64,000 nucleotides of DNA from the NCBI RefSeq assembly GCF_009914755.1, contig NC_060928.1; one strand, given 5' to 3'. Shown piece by piece: positions 30,556-45,960 of this stretch; position 1 is the stretch's first letter, and each line of letters starts with the position of its first letter. This DNA is from the human T2T-CHM13v2.0 reference genome, Homo sapiens. The notes under the pieces are model-generated. The model saw nothing but the letters and a program-made list of their open reading frames with translations, was not told where the DNA came from and did not search any database. A program made the position numbers and the translations under genes.

Positions 30556-30573
30556 GAATGCACTAAATCTCAG
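30556..30573 (+). CDS. RAPGEF2: 18-nt in-frame microexon, ECTKSQ
   Basis: Pyrimidine-rich tract, then caaag|GAATGCACTAAATCTCAG|gtattg. Phase 0-0, compatible with flanking exons. Confidence 0.75.
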
Positions 30574-33500
30574 GTATTGTAATTTGTGTGTGGTCTTCTG
30601 ACACTAACCTAAGTTTACGTGTGAATTTGCACTGTTACTAATGAATTTATAATATTCATATGTTTTGCTTCGTCTTGTCCTTCTGTATTTTGCCCTAATT
30701 TACTTTGAAATTATCAGTGGTTTGGGTGGTAGAATAGGCTGCTTGATCTGTACAGACCTGGGGATGGATTGTCCATGTTGAAGAAAGAACTCAAGTGCAA
30801 GCTACTTATTTTTAAAAATGAATGGAGCACTTAAAAAAATGAATGGAACACTGTTCTTCACTAACCTGCTTTGCAAATAAAAAAATGAAGAGAGAAAGGC
30901 AGGCAGACATAAAGGATTTTTTTTCCTTTTTATGTGAAAGCTTATGGGAAATTCATTAGAAATTTACATTTTAAATACTACAGATGAAAACTTTAAAGTT
31001 CAGGAATCTCAATGGGAGAACATTTTGGGAGGCCACTGGTAAAATTTCAGTCAGATTTTTTTTTAAAAGGTTGGTCAAAAAGGAAACAAAGTTTAAAATC
31101 TCTTGTATTTTCTTATTTGCACTTTATTTTTAACAAGGTTTCTTGCTTTTATTTCATTCTACATTTTAATTGAGGTCTGTAATAATCTCCTTGCTCACTT
31201 CTTTGATGCCAGTACATGACTAAGTACTATACTAAGTACTAAAGTACATTACTAAAGTACTGTACTAAGTACTAAAATCTATGATTTTCATTATGAGTTC
31301 TTTGAAGATCTAGATTACATTTGGGGTTATCCGGGAATTTTGAGTCAAGGAAGAAAAACTGATTTATCCTTGAAAACTAATTGGTTAAGTAACTAGTAGC
31401 ATTTTATGCTTGTGTTTTATTGTTGTACAGGGAAAAGATCATGAATAATTTATTCACATTGGGGAAATCTATCATTGATATATCTTTGGCTATTAGAGTA
31501 ACTTTGCCTAAAAGTATGAATTTTATGTATAATTTTTCGAATTAAAATGAGACAGTTCCTTTATGTTCTATACAAGAGAGTACGTATTAGAATGCCACAG
31601 GTGTCATGATTGCTATATTGGTTTTTGGAAGCACTACTAATTTTTAAATGATGTGGTAAATCTAAAACATTTTTATGTAATTTTAAAATTTTAAGTTCAC
31701 TAAAATAATTTTAAAATTGTACAGAGTTTTATGTACTTCAGTGTTTTGAGCTTTTCTCTGAAAAGAGTACACTTAAAATATATATAACATGATATTTTAA
31801 AAGATAAATCAATATGTAATTGATCTTCGTCTTTTTTTAGCATAAATTACCAGTCTAATTCCAACTTAGAACTTGGAATTGAATTTAAAATGTGCACTGA
31901 GTTATGATGTATACTTTAATGTACACTTTTTAAAATTAGATGCATTGCAGTAGTTTAAAGTGGATTATAATGATTTTCTTCAGAAACATGAATACTCATA
32001 GTCCATGTACTGTGTTTTCAGGACATTTTTCAAGGCAAGTGTATGAGGTTTGCAGAGAGAATAGCATTTTAAAATGCAGTGAGAAAGGAAGATTGGAGAT
32101 GGCTTTCATTAGCATTTTCTTACATTTTGATGAGTAGAGATTGAGGCCGTATTTCAAATTGCTAAAAAATAAGATTTAGCATGAATTTTCAGTCTTAGAG
32201 TGAGTAGATTATAGAGACAGGTAATAAGGTTCCTGGCAGAGGCTGGAAGATTTGGGGTCTGTCACTAAAGAACTATCTTGGGACTTTGGATGGTAATAGT
32301 TTACCTTGTCTCCAGGTTCAGAATAGGGCAGGTGAAGAAAAGCTATGTTTATTTTACCCATAGTTTCAAGCCTTCTCTGTATTGATCAGTAATTTATTCT
32401 AGAAGTTTGTGTGGGTAGGAAAATCTGAATTCCATATTAAAAATGGAGAGGAGAGGAAGGACCATTTTAACTTTTACCTTATTGGAGTGACGTGGGAAGC
32501 TGGCACATTCCTCTTCCATCATCTTCTATTCCTCCCCTGATTTTAATGAGGAAAAAACCCAGCTCTTCCATTTTCCTAGTTTGGAAAGAGGAAAACTGTA
32601 CAGAGAAATATTAGACTAAAGATTGAAGAAAACTTGGCCAAATTGTAGAGGTTATGTGTCCCAACTGACATTTCATAATTTCCATCCTTCCTAGGCTGGT
32701 GGCAATGTTAAAATGCTCTCCATGCTTTAAAATTCTGGTTGACCCCACACCCCCACTCCTACTTACCCAAAAATATGGCTCCACTTTATACAAATCTGAA
32801 TCAGGAGACTTTGAACACAGTGTAAATAAAACATACTTATAAAGTTTCAGTCAGTACAAAAATTTTAAAATGATGAAAACTTATTGGTCGTGTAAAAGGA
32901 TATCTCCCACACATTTTATTAGTAGTCCTTTTCTACAATGTGAATATACACTGCAGAGTACTGTTTCATAAAGATACATTGAATTTTCCAGTAGATGAGG
33001 CTTAATGTTCTTAGAGATAACATGCAAAAGTAATGGAAAATACTACATAAGATTAAATTAATATAATGTAAATTGAATGCCATATAATATTAAACTTTAT
33101 GGAAATAATTTCTGTTGTAGTCAGTGATAATACAATATTTTTAAAATGTGGCAGCAATGTAATAAGATTGATTCATGTATGAGGCTTATGAAAATCAGTC
33201 CCATTTTAAAACTAAGGTTATTATTCTGTATAATAATATAAGGCAAATTCTATTTCTTACAATGGGTGTATAAGATATAACCATTCCTAGGATATACCTT
33301 AAATATCTCTGAAGTCAGTATTTCTCCTGAGATAGAGTTAAGTTGGTTTCTCCTTCAGTTAAAGACTCCTTGGTAGTTTTGGTTAGTTTCAAAAGTCATT
33401 CAGCTATTGAAACAATGAAAACATTACAGCATTTAGTTTCCGTGATTGTGCACATTTATTTGACATTTAGGCTTTCTGACTTGAGTTATGTTCTTAAATA

Positions 33501-33989
33501 AGAAGTAGGCAATATTTTTACTCATATCATGTCTTTGCTTTATCATTTATTATTTATTCAGTTTTTTACTGAGGTTTCTTTAGGTTTGACTCAGTATTTG
33601 CTACTTAAGAGGGTATGTTTTGGGTAATACATCAATAACTTGTATAGCTAGTAAATTTCCTAGAATATTTAAGGACTTCAAATTTTACCTTCAGTTTATG
33701 TGATATCACACCTGGCTATAATTTATATGATATTTAAAAATCTGTTTATGTATATATATGAGAAATTATTCAAATACAGGGGAAATTTCTTAGTTATCTT
33801 AACATTTTTTATCCTTTTAAAACTTAAATTTATCAAACATTTGTTTGCTTAATTGTACCTGAAGGCTTGTCTTCAATATTACTATCAGTGTCTCTCTGTG
33901 AATTATAATGGGATGGAGTTTCAGGAAATTTGTGTATTTTATTTCTTGTATCATAGAAAAGCTCAATATTTTCATTTATATATTTTTGG

Positions 33990-34500
33990 TCATTTAACAA
34001 ATATTCATTGAGTGCCCACCATGTTTCAGGTCTGTCCCAGGCTCTAGAGATATAAAAGTCAACAACACAGGAGAATCTGCCTCCTTTGCCCTTACAATCT
34101 CACAGGGAATACAGATAAATAAATGGTACACACCCAGGGCCCCTACAGGAGTCGGGGATGGTTTCATGAACCACCTGAATATCTTGGCTCAAAGAAAGAT
34201 ATTTTGTACAGAAAGAATCTTATTTGTTCAAAGACTTAGAGGTTGAGTGGTTATAGGGTTTTTGAAAGCCATGTTGAAAGTTGAACTTTTTCATGACTGT
34301 AAGGAACAACAAAGAGACTGAAGCAGAGGTGTGACATACTGAGATTTACATTTAAATAAACTACTCTGGCTCCAAGATGGAATAAATTTTGGGGATAGGG
34401 ATGGTAAAGTGGGACCACAAGACCTGGTTAAGTAATGGAAATGGAAGTGGTGGCTAGAACATGGCAACTGGAGTAAGAATGAAAGGTGAGGGATTTAGGT
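33990..34500. mobile_element. L2 fragment
   Basis: catttaacaaatattcattgagtgcccaccatg followed by purine-rich L2-like body. Confidence 0.55.
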
Positions 34501-34534
34501 GGTATTCAGGGAGAAGAAAGTAGAAATAATTTGT

Positions 34535-34870
<336 letters not shown>

Positions 34871-36976
34871 TTAAATAGCTCTAATTCATTAATTTCTGAT
34901 GATTTGCTTTGTGGGCAGTACTTTCTATTCCAATAGTGTTTAATGACCATATTGTATATGAATATAAATACATGACTGAGAGTTTGAGGTAGATTAGTTT
35001 GAAGCAGATTATTCTTTAATCCAGGAAAGCTAAATAGAAATGTGAAAACTGGATTAGGTAATAAAGAATGGAAAAGAGGATGAAGAGAGAGTGTTAGAGA
35101 GTGATATACATACAAATAAAACCTGCCACAAATTTTACTAAAATTTATTGTTTGGATGCCTGATGCTTTATGTTTTCATCAGAAGAGTCTTAGGAGAGTG
35201 GTGTCAAAAGTATCCTTTGCTTTTCACGCCCATTATCGGCAGGTTTACTAGTTCCTCTTTACCCTAAATTATGTTGCATTTTAACATCCTGCAGAAAGCT
35301 CCCTGTGGAAAAGTCTCTGAACAATGGGTGGATGTAACAATACTGTGCTGTGTGTGCTGCAATTTCTGGCAAAATGCAGCATGTTAAAGCTGCTATAGTG
35401 GTCTCAACCTCCTTGCTTTAGGGGGACTAACTCTCTTTCTTGCAGTTACAATCAGGTATTTACGTTGATTTAATTTATACGGATTGGGAAATTGCACTAT
35501 AGCATATGTACAGAAATTGAAATGTAAATCAAGAAATAGTTTAGAAAATAAAATGATTTCTCATGCTATTAACAGCATGCATTGTAAATTCATGCAAGGC
35601 AGTTAAGAATGGTATGCAGTGTGCTGTTTACCCAAGTTTCAGCTTCTGTTGAAGGATGTCTATTTTTATATATTACATCATCTCTGCTACAGAACTCCGG
35701 TGTCCACTGGGATTTACTGTTCTTTCATTCCATTTTGAAAGAAAGCTTGTATTGATGTCATAATTGGACCCATCTTTTGGTTGCACTTGGAAATTGAAAG
35801 TAATAAGGGTGTTGTGTAGCAAGTCATGCAATATTTCAAGCGATTTATTTGTCGAAAAGATCACTGTCACTTTGTCTTGCCTCTCCTTGTGAATACTGGT
35901 GGCTCTCTGTGCTTGTACATGTTTTAAATATACTTGGCTAAAATTTAGCTTTTAATTGCAACAGCGAAGATGCTTTTCATCTTCGACTGTTTCATTTCTT
36001 ATCATGTGATTTTTTTTTTTGTCATGAGATTTTGCAGAGCTACATGCTGATTTTAAAAAAAGTCTCTTTTTTTTTTTTTTTTTGAAAAATCTACTTTGAT
36101 ATTCAGACCTATTTCCTGCCAGTGCTGAATTGATCTTTTTTACAGTTATCTGTTGTAAGTTGTCTGTTTTCACTGTTTGAAATATCAGGTGATTGGAAAT
36201 ACTCTCTTTTGGTTTTGAATGCAGTTTTAAAACATTATTAACCTGAAATGCCTCTCTGTTAGCTGGAAGATATTGCTGACTTCTGGACAGAACTCTAGCA
36301 TTTTATGGAATATATAGATGCTAGGTTTTAAATCACTTGTGAAAGAAAATATTTTAATTATTTATATTAAGATAATTAAAAATACCTAATAATGCTATAC
36401 GTATTTATCTATATAAAATTTCCCCCTTATTTTCTCTGAAAAATTTAGTCAGTATTATCTGTACTATTTTAATAGTAAACTTTTTTTTTAAAAACTGATC
36501 AGGGAAAAACCTCCACTTCTTTTTCCCAGTAACAGCTTATTTGAGATATAATTCACATGCCATACAATTCACCTATTTAAAATACATAAGTTAATTGTTT
36601 TTCTTTTTTGGTTAAAGAAACCCAGATACCATTAATGTTACCATCTTAACATTTTTATGATACAGCTCAGTAGGGTTAAGTATATTAGTAGTAAACTGGA
36701 CTGACTGAGCATATCCATTTCACAGATGTACTGCCTAGCATCCTTTGTGGTAATTAAAATTACTCGTATTGGGAAATATCAAGGCAAAAAAGTAAAATAA
36801 AATTACACATAGGCTAAAAAATACCTTTAAAGATATTTTGGGAAAAAGTAATTGTAGAATCTATTTTTAAAACCTTACTAAATAATTTTATTATAGCAGT
36901 TTCTTATGGACTCAGTAAATGATCAGATATCCTCCCCCACCCCCTTAAATCTTCCTTTCTTTTAAGTAGAAGACAG

Positions 36977-37117
36977 AAGACAACATATATGGTGCAGTGT
37001 GTACTGCTCGGGAGATGGGTGCACCAGGATCTCACAAATCACCACTAAAGAACTTACTTATGTAACCAAATACCACCTGTACCCCAATAACTTATGGAAA
37101 AATAAAAATAATAATAA
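36977..37117 (+). mobile_element. Very short 5'-truncated L1 (L1MA-like 3' end) with TSD
   Basis: ctcacaaatcaccactaaagaacttac...aataacttatggaaaaataaa. TSD ttaagt(a/g)gaagacag at 36962-36976 and 37118-37132. Confidence 0.85.
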
Positions 37118-37444
37118 TTAAGTGGAAGACAGGTGGTGGTTGGATGCAATATGACATTTGAAATAGCTGGCCTAGGGGAGAAATGGTATGGCAGCAGAGT
37201 GGACCAAATCTGTAATATGAATTGCTGATTTGGATAAATAGTGGAGTAATTACAAAGGGAAATATTTGAGGATGAAAAAGAAAATACTCAGGCTGTCTTG
37301 ATTTTTACTCAGATGTCTATGAGAATAGCAATGGTAATCTGCCATTTGTGGTTTCAATACAATGCAGAAGACATTTGAGGGTATTAGAAAATAAAACCTC
37401 AAAATAAGTTGTGACATTTCCCTTTCACCAATTATTAGCACTCT

Positions 37445-39115
37445 TCTTTTTTTTTTTTTTTTTTTGGGACAGGGTCTCTTGCTCTGTCACCCAAGCTGGA
37501 GTGCAGTGGCGTCATCTTGGCTCACTGCAACTGAGAGGTGACAACGTGCTAGCAGCCCTCGCTTGCTCTCGGCGCCTCGGCCTCGGCATCCACTCTGGCC
37601 ATCCTGGAGGAGCCCTTCAGACCGCCACTGCGCTATGGGGGCCCCTCTCTGGGCTGGGCGTGGCCGGAGCCGGCTCCCTCTGCTTGCCGGGAGGTGTGGA
37701 GGGAGATGCGCAGGTGGGAACCTGGGCTGTGCGCCACGCTCATGGGCCAGCACGAGTTCCCAGTGGGCACAGGCTTAGCAGGCCCTGCACTCAGAGTGGC
37801 CCGCCGGTGCTGCTGGCCAGGGCAGTGAGGGGCTTAGCACCTGGGTGAGCAGCTGTGGAGGGTGCGCCGGGTTCGCCAGCACTGCCAGCTGGCCCGCCTG
37901 CCTGCCCGCCCTGCACTTGAATTCTCGCCAGGCCTCAGCCACCTCCCCATGGGGCAGGGCTCGGGACCTGCAGCCCGCCATGTCCGAGCCCCCCACCCTC
38001 CGTGGGCTCCCGTGCTGCCTGAGCCTTCCCGACGGGCGCCGTCCCTTGCTCTGCAGCGCCTGGTCCCATCGACTGCCCAAGGGCTGAGGAGTGCAGTGTG
38101 GGACTGGTGGGGAGCTCTGCCCGCGTCCCAGGCGTGGGATCCACTAGGCAAAGCCAGCTGGGCTCCTGAGTAGAGTGGGGACTTGGAGAACTTTTGTGTC
38201 TAGCTGGAGGATTGTATATGTACCAATCAGCACTCTGTGTCTAGCTCAGGGTTTGTGGATGTACCAGTCAGCACTCTGTATCCAGCTAATCTGGTAGGGA
38301 CTTGGAGAACTTTTATGTCTAGCGAGAGGATTGTAAATGCACCAATCAGCACTCTGTCTAGCTAAAGATTTGTAAACGCACCAATCAGTGCTCTGTGTCT
38401 AGCAAGTCTCGTGGGGACTTTGAGAACTTTTATGTCTAGCTAGAGGGTTGTAAATGCACCAATCAGCACTCTGTGTCTAGCTCAGGGATTATAAATGCAC
38501 CAATCAGCACCCTGTCAAAACGGGCCAATCAGCTGTCTGTAAAATGGACCAATCAGCTCTCTGTAAAATGGACCAATCAGCAGGATGTGGGTGGGGTCAG
38601 ATAAGGGAATAAACAGGCTGCCCAGTTTGCCGCCGCGATCTGCTTGGGTTCGTTTCCACAGCGTGGAATAAATTTTGCTGCGGCTCACGCTTTGGGTCTG
38701 CCACGTCTTTAAGAGCGGTAACACTCACCGCGGAGGTCTGCAGCTTCCCTCCTGAAGTCAGAGACCACGAACCCACCAGAAGGAACAAAGACACATCTGA
38801 ACATCTGAAGGAACAAACTCTGGACACACCATTTTTAAGAACTGTAACATTCACCGTGAGGGTCTGTGGTTTCATTCTTGAAGTCAGCCAGACCAAGAAC
38901 CCACCAATTCCGGAGACACAACTCCACTTTTCAGGCTTAAGAGATCCTCCCACCTCAGCCTCTTTAGTAGCTGAGACTACAGGCGTGAGCCAGCACACTC
39001 GTGTTTTTTGTAGGGACAGGGTTTCGCCATATTGCCCAGGCTGAGTTTGAACTCCTGAGCTCAAGCGATTTGCCTGCCTTGGCCTCCCAAAGTACTGGGA
39101 TTATAGGCGCCTGGC
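37445..39115 (-). mobile_element. AluJ split by the LTR12 insertion
   Basis: The Alu runs to ...ctcactgcaac (37531) and resumes after 38922. Confidence 0.85.
37532..38918 (+). mobile_element. LTR12 (ERV9/HERV9) solo LTR, LTR12C/D-like, 1387 bp
   Basis: Starts TGAGAGGTGAC and ends ccaattccggagaca. 4-bp TSD CAAC (37528-31, 38919-22). GC/CpG-rich 5' U3 and tandem ccaatcagcactctgtgtctagct repeats. Confidence 0.95.
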
Positions 39116-39545
39116 CCTGTATTTCTTTATACAAAAATTTAAACTGAACCTTTAAAAAAAATGTTTCAATCATCAGGACTTTTGGAACACTTAAGAAAGT
39201 TTTTAGAAAGGGATCATTTTGCCATTTGTTAATTTATGAAATAAGCATATCCCTAACCAACTGGGATGTAGAGAATACTTGAGCATCGTTGATATTCTTG
39301 ATGTCATTTACAGTGGGCATTTTTGAGGAATACTGACGGCTCAGTTTAAAAATTACTCTGTAGTATAAACTTTTGCCTAAATTTTAGTATTAACTTTGGT
39401 TAGACTGAAAGAGCAGCCAGCTATTCTGCAAGCGGATTAAGTTGTCAGAGGGTTCTGCTGAAGTGGGTGTAAACAGGAAATCTAAGGACAGTTGATAACT
39501 GCATTCTTTCACATCAGCTAAGAGAGGCCGATTGTTTTCTAGTTG

Positions 39546-41212
<1,667 letters not shown>

Positions 41213-41259
41213 TCTTACAGATTTGATTCACTGGTTTTTCAGATTTTATTTGCATAATA

Positions 41260-41365
41260 TAATAGAGTTCTGCAAATAAACAGAACCAGTGGAGCGTTAA
41301 GGGAAGGAGATATTCAGGAATTGGCGTATGCTATTGTGGATGCTGACAAGTCCAAAATCTGTACC
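41260..41365. mobile_element. MLT2-like LTR fragment
   Basis: aaacagaacca...aggaattggc...gctgacaagtccaaaatctg. Confidence 0.45.
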
Positions 41366-41378
41366 TAATACAGCATGA

Positions 41379-41683
<305 letters not shown>

Positions 41684-41695
41684 TGAGACTTTAAA

Positions 41696-42030
41696 TAGTC
41701 CTGTGGTGCATAATGACATTTTTGTCAGTGAACGACCACATACACAACAGTGGTCCTGTAAGATGAAGTACAGTATTTTTACTGTAGCTTTTCCGTGTTT
41801 AGGTATGTTTACATATACAAATACTATTGTATTACAGTTGTCTGCAGGATTCAGTACAGTGACATGCTGTACAGATTTGTCACCTAGGAGCAATAGGCTA
41901 TCCCAAAGAGCCTAGCTAGGTGTGTAGTAGGCAACATTATCTAGGTTTGTGCAAGTACACTCCCATGATGTTTGTACAAAGACAAAGTTGCCCAATGACG
42001 CCGTTCTCGGAATGTATTCCCCGTCATTCT
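41696..42030. mobile_element. Tigger3a/MER7A-type element (second copy)
   Basis: Same motifs as 17790-18132 (gaccacatacac...cctaggagcaataggcta). Confidence 0.78.
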
Positions 42031-42841
42031 GTCGTTATGATGTGTGGCCATTTTTAAAACTTCTTTCTTCTCAAAACTCCCCTTACCTTATTTCTAGAAT
42101 TCTTCTCTTTCTTTTGCTCTATTTTGAATATATAGTTTTTTTTTTTTTAACTGGTGCCTTTGTGCTGCCTTCAGTCTTTTTCTGTCTCCTTGTTCTTATA
42201 TTAAGACATAAGTGACCAGTTTCCCTTGTTACCACAAAGTGTGATTGGCAACTCATGACTGTGCTCTGACATTCAAAATTCTTTCGGTAATCAGCTACTA
42301 TAAAGCAAAATAATTGTCTGAGGGGATAGAGCTGCCTTTGGAAAGGCACCAGAAATGTTGTCTCAACTCCTCAAATCTGAAATGGTGGGTCTCCCTTGGT
42401 GAAAACTGAAATGGCCAGATGAATATTCTACGTGATAAGGGGTCACCATAGGTTCTTGCATTGTTTTTGGGTAGAGATTTTTTTTTAAATAGTCTCATTT
42501 TCTTCCATACTGTGTTTTTACTTTTATTGTAAATACCATGTTTTATAGTAGTTGATTGGATTATTAATATCTTGTTAATTTTGTTTTTAATCTTAAAACT
42601 TCACTGAGTTTAGTGATATATACTTTTAAATTTTTGTCGAACAGATTTTAAGTTTGCTTTATGTCTTGGAAAAAATATTTACTTCCTATAAAATATAACC
42701 CATCCAGAAAACAGGTTTTTTTATACACTTGCTCTAAGACAATCTTTTAGTAAGCATTTCATAGATGATCAGTACATTTTGTTTATGTCTAGCATGCTGT
42801 TGAACTGACCAACATGATTTCTGAAATTCATCTCTGATCTC

Positions 42842-44690
42842 TTTTTTTAGTTTAATTTTATTTAAAGTTCCAGGATACATGTGCAGGATATACAGCTTTG
42901 TTACATAGGTAAACGTGTGCCATGGTGGTTTGCCGTACCTGTCAACCCATCACCTAGGTATTAAGCCCATGTATTAGCTTTATGTATCCTGATGTTCTTC
43001 CCAGTATGGCCCCCTGCAGGCCACAGTGTCTGTTGTTCCCCTCCCTGTGTTCCCTCTTAAAAGTGAGAACATGCAGTGTTTAGTTTTCTGTTCCTTGTTA
43101 GTTTGCTGAGGATAATAGCTTCTAGCTCCATCCATGTCTCTGCAAAGGACATGATCTTGTTCCTTTTTATGGCTGCAGAGTATGCCATGGTGTATATGTA
43201 TCACGTTTTCTTTATCCAGTCTATCATTGATGGGTATTTGGGTTGATTCCATGTCTTTGCTATTGTGAGTAGTGCTGTGATGAACATATGTGTGTGAGTA
43301 TCTTTGTAATAGGATGATTTCTATTCTTTGGGTATATACCCAGTAATGGGATTGCTGGGTCAAATGCTATTTCTGCCTCTAGGTCTTTGAAGAATCGCCA
43401 CACTGTCTTCCACAATTATTGAACTAATTTATACTCCCACCAACAATGTAAGTGTTTCTTTTTCTCTGCAACCTCACAGGCATCTGTTGTTACTTGACTT
43501 TTTAATAACAGCTATTCTGATTGGTGTGAGATGGTATCTCATTGTGGTTTTGATTTGAATTTCTCTAATGATCAGTGATGTTTGAGTTTTTTTCATGTTT
43601 GTTGGCTGCATGAGTGTCTTTTGAGAAGTGTCTGTTCATGTCCTTTGCCCACTTTTTAATGGAGTTGTCTGTTTTTTTCTTGTAAATTTTTTTTGTTTCT
43701 CGTAGACTCTGGATATTAGACCTTTGTCAGGTGGATAGATTGTAAAAATTCTCTCCCATTCTGTAGGTTGTCTATTCACTCTGATGATAGTCTCTTTTGC
43801 TGTGCAGAGGCTCTTTAGTTTAATTAGATCCCATTTTGTCAATTTTTGATTTTGTTGCAATGCTTTCGGTGTTTTTGTTTTGTTTTGTTTTGTTTTTTGT
43901 GAAACCTTTGCTCATGCCTGTGTCCTGAATGGCATTGTCTAGATTTTCTTCTAGGATTGTTAATAGTTTTGGGTTTTACATTTGTATTAGTCAGTTTCAC
44001 ACTGCTGATAAAGGCATACCTGACACTGGGCAATTTACAAAAGAAAGATATTTAATTGGACTCACAGTGCCACCTGGCTGGGGAAACCTCACAATCATGG
44101 CAGAAGGCAGGGAGGAGCAAGTCACATCTTACGTGGATAGCAGCAGGCAAAGAGAGGGCTTGTGCAGAGAAATTCCCGTCTTTAAAACCATCAAATCTCA
44201 TGAGACCCATTCACTATCATGAGAACAGCACAGGAAAGACCCGCCCCATGATTTAATCGTCTCCTACCAAGTCCCTCTCACAACACTTGGGAATTACGGG
44301 AGCTGTAAAATGAGATTTGGTTGGGGATGCAGAGCCAAATCATATCAACATTTAAGTCTTTAATCTATCTTGAGTTAATTTTTGTAAAAGGTGTAAGAAA
44401 GGAGCAATTTCAGTTTTCTGCATGTGGCTAGCCAGTTCTCCCAGCACCATTTATTAAATAGGAAATGTTTTCCTCATTGCTTATGTCAGGTTTGTTGAAG
44501 ATGAGATGGTTGTAGATGTGCAGTCTTATTTCTGAGTTCTCTATTCTGTGTCATTGGTCTGTGTGTCTGTTTTTGTAACAGTACCATGCTGTTTTGGTTA
44601 CTGTAGACTTGTATAATTTGAAGTCAGGGTAGCATGATGCCTCCAGCTTTGTTCTTTTTGCTTAGTATTGTCTTGGCTATATGGGCTCTT
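42842..44690 (-). mobile_element. L1PA (older primate) 3' portion interrupted by THE1
   Basis: L1 3'UTR and ORF2 remnant [28 protein letters not shown]. Confidence 0.92.
43983..44347 (-). mobile_element. THE1 (MaLR) solo LTR, 365 bp
   Basis: tgtattagtc...ccaaatcatatca with 5-bp TSD ACATT (43978-82, 44348-52). Confidence 0.93.
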
Positions 44691-45769
44691 TCATCCCTGA
44701 TTTCTCGTTTCTTGTCCTATCCCATTTAAAGTCTTAGGGATCAGTTGTAGAATTAATGAGTGAATGCCTTCCTGTATTAATAATATGAAATGCTACTTTA
44801 TGACACACCTAGGTAATGTAATCTTCCATGAACATGAACTATCTGGCCAGTTGTTAGCAATTCTAATAATGATAACCTGATATTTACAATTAAATATTCT
44901 AGTATTATCTTTGGTTTGTAAATATCAAAATGGTAGTAACTGACAATTTCAAAGTGTAACTAAAATATGAATAGTAAAATACTCTCCATGCCTTTTTAGA
45001 GCTGCTAAAGAGAGGGAGAAATTAGGTGTGTGTTTTGTTTGTTTATTCATTTATTTATAAAAAGGAATATTGAATGCTGTTATCTTAAACTCATGTGGCT
45101 GTATTGGTAGGCTGACTTTTTTCTCAAGAAAATATTTTAGAAATTTTTGTGTCATTTAAAATATTTTCTATATTGAGATGGTCTTCTATATTTATTTATT
45201 TTTCAGGCAAGTTTATTTGGAAGCATTTCCCGTCTGGAATGTATTTGATTACAACAAAAGGGCAGGCACAATTCTATTTCTGGTAGTAAAGTCTGTTGGT
45301 TAATGCGTCCATTTATAATTACTGTCACTTTCTTTTTTTTAGAAAGACTATTAAACCATTTTGAAAACTTACATAGTTTGATATTTATTTCCAGACACTA
45401 GATTTTTTAAAAATAAAAATGTATTTGTTAAATATTAAATTTCTGAAGACTCAATAGGTCTATGAAAGCAGATAGTATCTTTATGCCATTGTGTATATCC
45501 TTTGCACAACAGATAATACAGGTCTCAGCAATACCCTGGTTGTATCATGTTGATATCTTTGGATCAAACTTGCAAAATTAGCATTATTTAGTATTTCTAG
45601 GAGTGGCATTATAGATCTTCCTGCTTTAACAGGTCTATACAAGGATATCAGCACAAAGAACTTAGTCCCAGACAACTGTACATTAATTAATGGGTTGGCC
45701 GAGGCTTGAATGCAGCTGACTTTTTAGAATATTTTAGAGAGAATAAAACTGACACTTATTGAAGGTTTA

Positions 45770-45960
45770 TGATACACCAGTCTGCTAGATGTTTACTGAT
45801 GTGTTTTGTCAATGAAACTAGCCCACAGTTCAGTATTTCCCCGTCAGTAGATAAGCATGCACTGGCCAAAGAGGTTAAGTAACATGTTCAATATTCATGG
45901 TCACTCAGGTAGTAAATGTTAGAAAGCCAAACATAGGTCTTTCCCATTCCCAATCTATGA
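45770..45960. mobile_element. MIR fragment
   Basis: Core-like agaggttaagtaacatgttcaa. Confidence 0.55.

Noticed and set aside
35324-35398. MGGCNNTVLC... small ORF with an MG-Cys start
   Set aside because: It stops after 24 codons with no convincing splice donor linking it to RAPGEF2.
38180-38585. Regularly spaced repeats superficially like a CRISPR array
   Set aside because: These are LTR12 U3 enhancer subrepeats. The spacers are not unique, there are no cas genes, and the context is eukaryotic.
37411-39173. Cluster of overlapping GC-rich ORFs and an apparent CpG island
   Set aside because: Entirely within the LTR12 and its host Alu. The ORFs are by-products of GC content.
45195-45290. Cryptic acceptor ttatttttcag at about 45206
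   Set aside because: There is an early stop in phase 0 and no good donor or other support.
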